Shown here: positions 61,691 through 64,000 of the stretch, piece after piece
Position numbering within the stretch: position 1 is the stretch's first letter
How the letters are laid out: every line of letters begins with the position of its first letter
From: Squalus acanthias
Taxonomy: Eukaryota
Reading direction: 5' to 3'
Assembly: GCA_030390025.1 (NCBI GenBank)
Contig: CM059431.1
Location: 120,778,001-120,842,000 of the forward strand
DNA: 64,000 nucleotides
Notes under the pieces: model-generated
The model's database searches: none
Seen by the model: the letters and a program-made list of their open reading frames with translations, nothing else
Told to the model about the DNA's origin: nothing
Made by a program: the position numbers and the translations under genes

Positions 61691-64000
61691 ATGGAACGAA
61701 TTCTAGTATTGCTCGTGGCAATCGGATGTGGATTGGCCTATCGAGGCCACACCAAGGATGTCGTGGTGTTTGGATGTTCCGGGGACACGGCCCCCATCGC
61801 GGTGGACGGGACCGGAAGACGGAAGGCAGAGGGGACCAGCACCTATTTCCACAAGGGAAGGTGGCCAGGATGGCTGGGAACGAACTCAACGGAGTATTCC
61901 AGCACATCGGGGTTTGCCTACCAAGAGACTTCTTTACTGTGCCCCAAAGTAAGGATCATCGCACCCAGGATCAGCGTCACCGTCGGCAAACGGATTTGTT
62001 TGACTTGTAGTGGGAAGGTCCCATTGAGCCGATGGTGGTGGCTGCGAAAGCTGAGCAAAACTATGAGAAACTCTTCGGTCGAGTGGGAACGACTGGGTAA
62101 TAATACCCATCGGACAATTACGGGGACAGACGGACAAGTGAAAGTCTGTTGGGACAAATGGTGGGAACCGGATGAGGGGATTTATGTATGTATGTGGGGG
62201 TCAAAGTACGTTTGCCCCAAAGGCATCTCCATATTTTTTATTAATCAATGGCAGGATAACGGACAGGGGATGAGGTGGGATGCGAGCACCAGGGGGTGCG
62301 GAGCCCCATTCTCCCCGATCCCAGTAAATGCCACTGAACTCATTATGCGCCCACGCAAAGCCCCGCCCACGATTCCGGTGGTTCTAGCTGAGGAAGAAGG
62401 GTGCCCTAAAACTAGTAAGGGACCCGGGAATGGTTTGGTACTGGTCCCCACAGACCAGATACTCTTTCAGGGGGTACATTACGCGGTGGCCTCGGTGATT
62501 TTAAATCTCACTGAGGTACGGTTACCAGAGTGGTGCCCCAAAAAGACGGAACAGTTGTATCAGGTCCTGTTGACCAAGATGTTCAGACAATTTTACGAGT
62601 TTGATTTTGCAGAAATTGATAAGACAAGTTTGTACACCGCACCGCAGGAAGTTTTGGATCAAGTAGGGAGGCAAAGAAGGGGTTTGGTGAACGATGCGTT
62701 CACTGCTTTTAACACAGGGACATCTGTGGTCAACGCTCTAGACAGTGTGGAGCTGCAGACCCAGATTAATGGTTTAAAAACACAGTTAAAAGACATTCTA
62801 ACAGATGAGAATAAAGTGGTAGGGTCAGGTCTACACGAGGACCAAGCCATGACTCTCCATTTAAAGGAAATTATAGCAGAGCTGGAGAAACATGCGCGTA
62901 CGGTAAATGCCCTGATCAGGGAAGATCGGAATGCATCCGATCAAGCTGCGCAGAACGAGGTGTGCGTGCTTTACGGGGCGTGGTTACTGGGCGAGGGCCG
63001 CAGTAATTTGGAGGATTTAAAACAAGGTTTGGTTCCGTCCTGGATAAGTAACAAACACCTACGGGCGCTCCACCCTTTTCAGAACGCATTAAGTCCGTGC
63101 CAGCTCAGGCTAGCTTCAGAAGCTTACCCAGTCCCCGTGGACTGCGGACGATCAAACCATACTATTATGGGAATAGTATTACGCATGCCGGTTTTGGGCG
63201 ACACAGCAAAGCCCGCCCCGGTATATCGGGTAGAGAACATTGGTGTCATTCAGGGGGGAGCCCACGTTCGTTATGCAGCGGTTCCACCTTACGTCATCCG
63301 CTGGGAGCAAACGATGACAGGTACAGATCTCTCTGGTTGTCGTGGCAGGGGAGCACACATAATACTGTGCCCCCAGCACTTGAATGCCTTTTTAACACCA
63401 CAGTGCGGGTTCAGAACGGCTGGCGCCAAGTCCATGAATTGCACCATGGAGGCAATGGCACAAGATCATGTGCCTCCGCAGGTAGCATACATCGGGGGTG
63501 GAACATATTGTGTTACCACTGCAGCGCAACACTACCAGCATGGAAACCGTAGCCGGTGTCCGGTGAGTGACAGCAGTTTCTGTTTTAAACCCAGGGCTGA
63601 AGTTCAAGTAGCACAACAGCGAATTATCCCAATCCCTGAACCATCCACTGTTCATCTCACAGTAAAAGAGAATTTCACCGACTTGCAGCGATTTGTCGCG
63701 CATTTTGGATACCTCATTCCCCCTCTCCCTGAACACTTAACCAAACTTCTGAAAGCCGTCGCGGTATCACAGAAACATTTTTATACATTAGAGCAGAAAA
63801 CTGTCGAAATAGGAACAGACATTCTGGACATAGTAGTTCCACCGTGGTGGAATCTGTTCACTAATATTGAAGTGCCTTCATGGATCAGAATAGCCTCCCA
63901 CATTTTAGTCGTATGTCAAGTGTTTATCGTAGTGTACCTATTGGTCATACATTGTAAAAGAGACAAACGCCTCACCAAGCATGAAAACACGGGAGAGTGG
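61691..64000 (+). CDS. env: Env, F-type class I fusion glycoprotein (at least 770 aa, runs off window)
   Basis: Own translation, no stop: signal peptide MERILVLLVAIGCGLA, NxS/T sites, furin RQRR (62669-80), fusion peptide GLVNDAFTAFNTGTSVVNAL, heptad region, Cys-rich region, TM ILVVCQVFIVVYLLVIHC (63902-55), basic tail. Confidence 0.93.
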   Translation, partial: MERILVLLVAIGCGLAYRGHTKDVVVFGCSGDTAPIAVDGTGRRKAEGTSTYFHKGRWPGWLGTNSTEYSSTSGFAYQETSLLCPKVRIIAPRISVTVGKRICLTCSGKVPLSRWWWLRKLSKTMRNSSVEWERLGNNTHRTITGTDGQVKVCWDKWWEPDEGIYVCMWGSKYVCPKGISIFFINQWQDNGQGMRWDASTRGCGAPFSPIPVNATELIMRPRKAPPTIPVVLAEEEGCPKTSKGPGNGLVLVPTDQILFQGVHYAVASVILNLTEVRLPEWCPKKTEQLYQVLLTKMFRQFYEFDFAEIDKTSLYTAPQEVLDQVGRQRRGLVNDAFTAFNTGTSVVNALDSVELQTQINGLKTQLKDILTDENKVVGSGLHEDQAMTLHLKEIIAELEKHARTVNALIREDRNASDQAAQNEVCVLYGAWLLGEGRSNLEDLKQGLVPSWISNKHLRALHPFQNALSPCQLRLASEAYPVPVDCGRSNHTIMGIVLRMPVLGDTAKPAPVYRVENIGVIQGGAHVRYAAVPPYVIRWEQTMTGTDLSGCRGRGAHIILCPQHLNAFLTPQCGFRTAGAKSMNCTMEAMAQDHVPPQVAYIGGGTYCVTTAAQHYQHGNRSRCPVSDSSFCFKPRAEVQVAQQRIIPIPEPSTVHLTVKENFTDLQRFVAHFGYLIPPLPEHLTKLLKAVAVSQKHFYTLEQKTVEIGTDILDIVVPPWWNLFTNIEVPSWIRIASHILVVCQVFIVVYLLVIHCKRDKRLTKHENTGEW

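Larger units (their letters stand above)
52908..64000 (+). mobile_element. Endogenous retrovirus, lokiretrovirus-like (3' end outside window)
   Basis: LTR-PBS-gag-pro/pol-env order; RT YVDD; tether plus second RNase H; F-type env. ERV identity is firm, lineage assignment is inferred. Confidence 0.9.

Noticed and set aside
57316..63736. Antisense and alternate-frame ORFs within pol and env
   Set aside because: Short shadow ORFs of GC-rich coding sequence with no recognisable motifs

Overview
Repeat-saturated vertebrate genomic DNA, almost certainly elasmobranch (shark/ray), judged from an HE1-type V-SINE and shark-type CR1, L2 and Penelope repeats. No host gene could be supported. Positions 1-52.9 kb are a nested mosaic of CR1 and L2 LINEs, at least five decayed two-gene PIF/Harbinger transposons (transposase plus Myb/SANT) with related MITEs, SINEs, a solo LTR, and a Penelope inverted repeat carrying hammerhead-like motifs. 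From 52,908 to the window end lies a young, nearly intact endogenous retrovirus that resembles the lokiretroviruses. It has a 2.1 kb 5' LTR, a PBS matching tRNA-Arg(UCG), gag with one frameshift, and an in-frame UGA-CUAG junction into pro-pol (PR-RT-tether-RNaseH-IN). Its env ORF of at least 770 aa is absent from the ORF track and is of the F-protein type. Two features stand out. (1) The LTR is internally mirror-symmetric: back-to-back initiator-like motifs at its centre, and two diverged ~480 bp arms, each with a splice donor, AATAAA, a conserved hairpin and an att end, suggesting a bidirectional LTR. (2) The Env surface subunit contains an apparent immunoglobulin-like domain.
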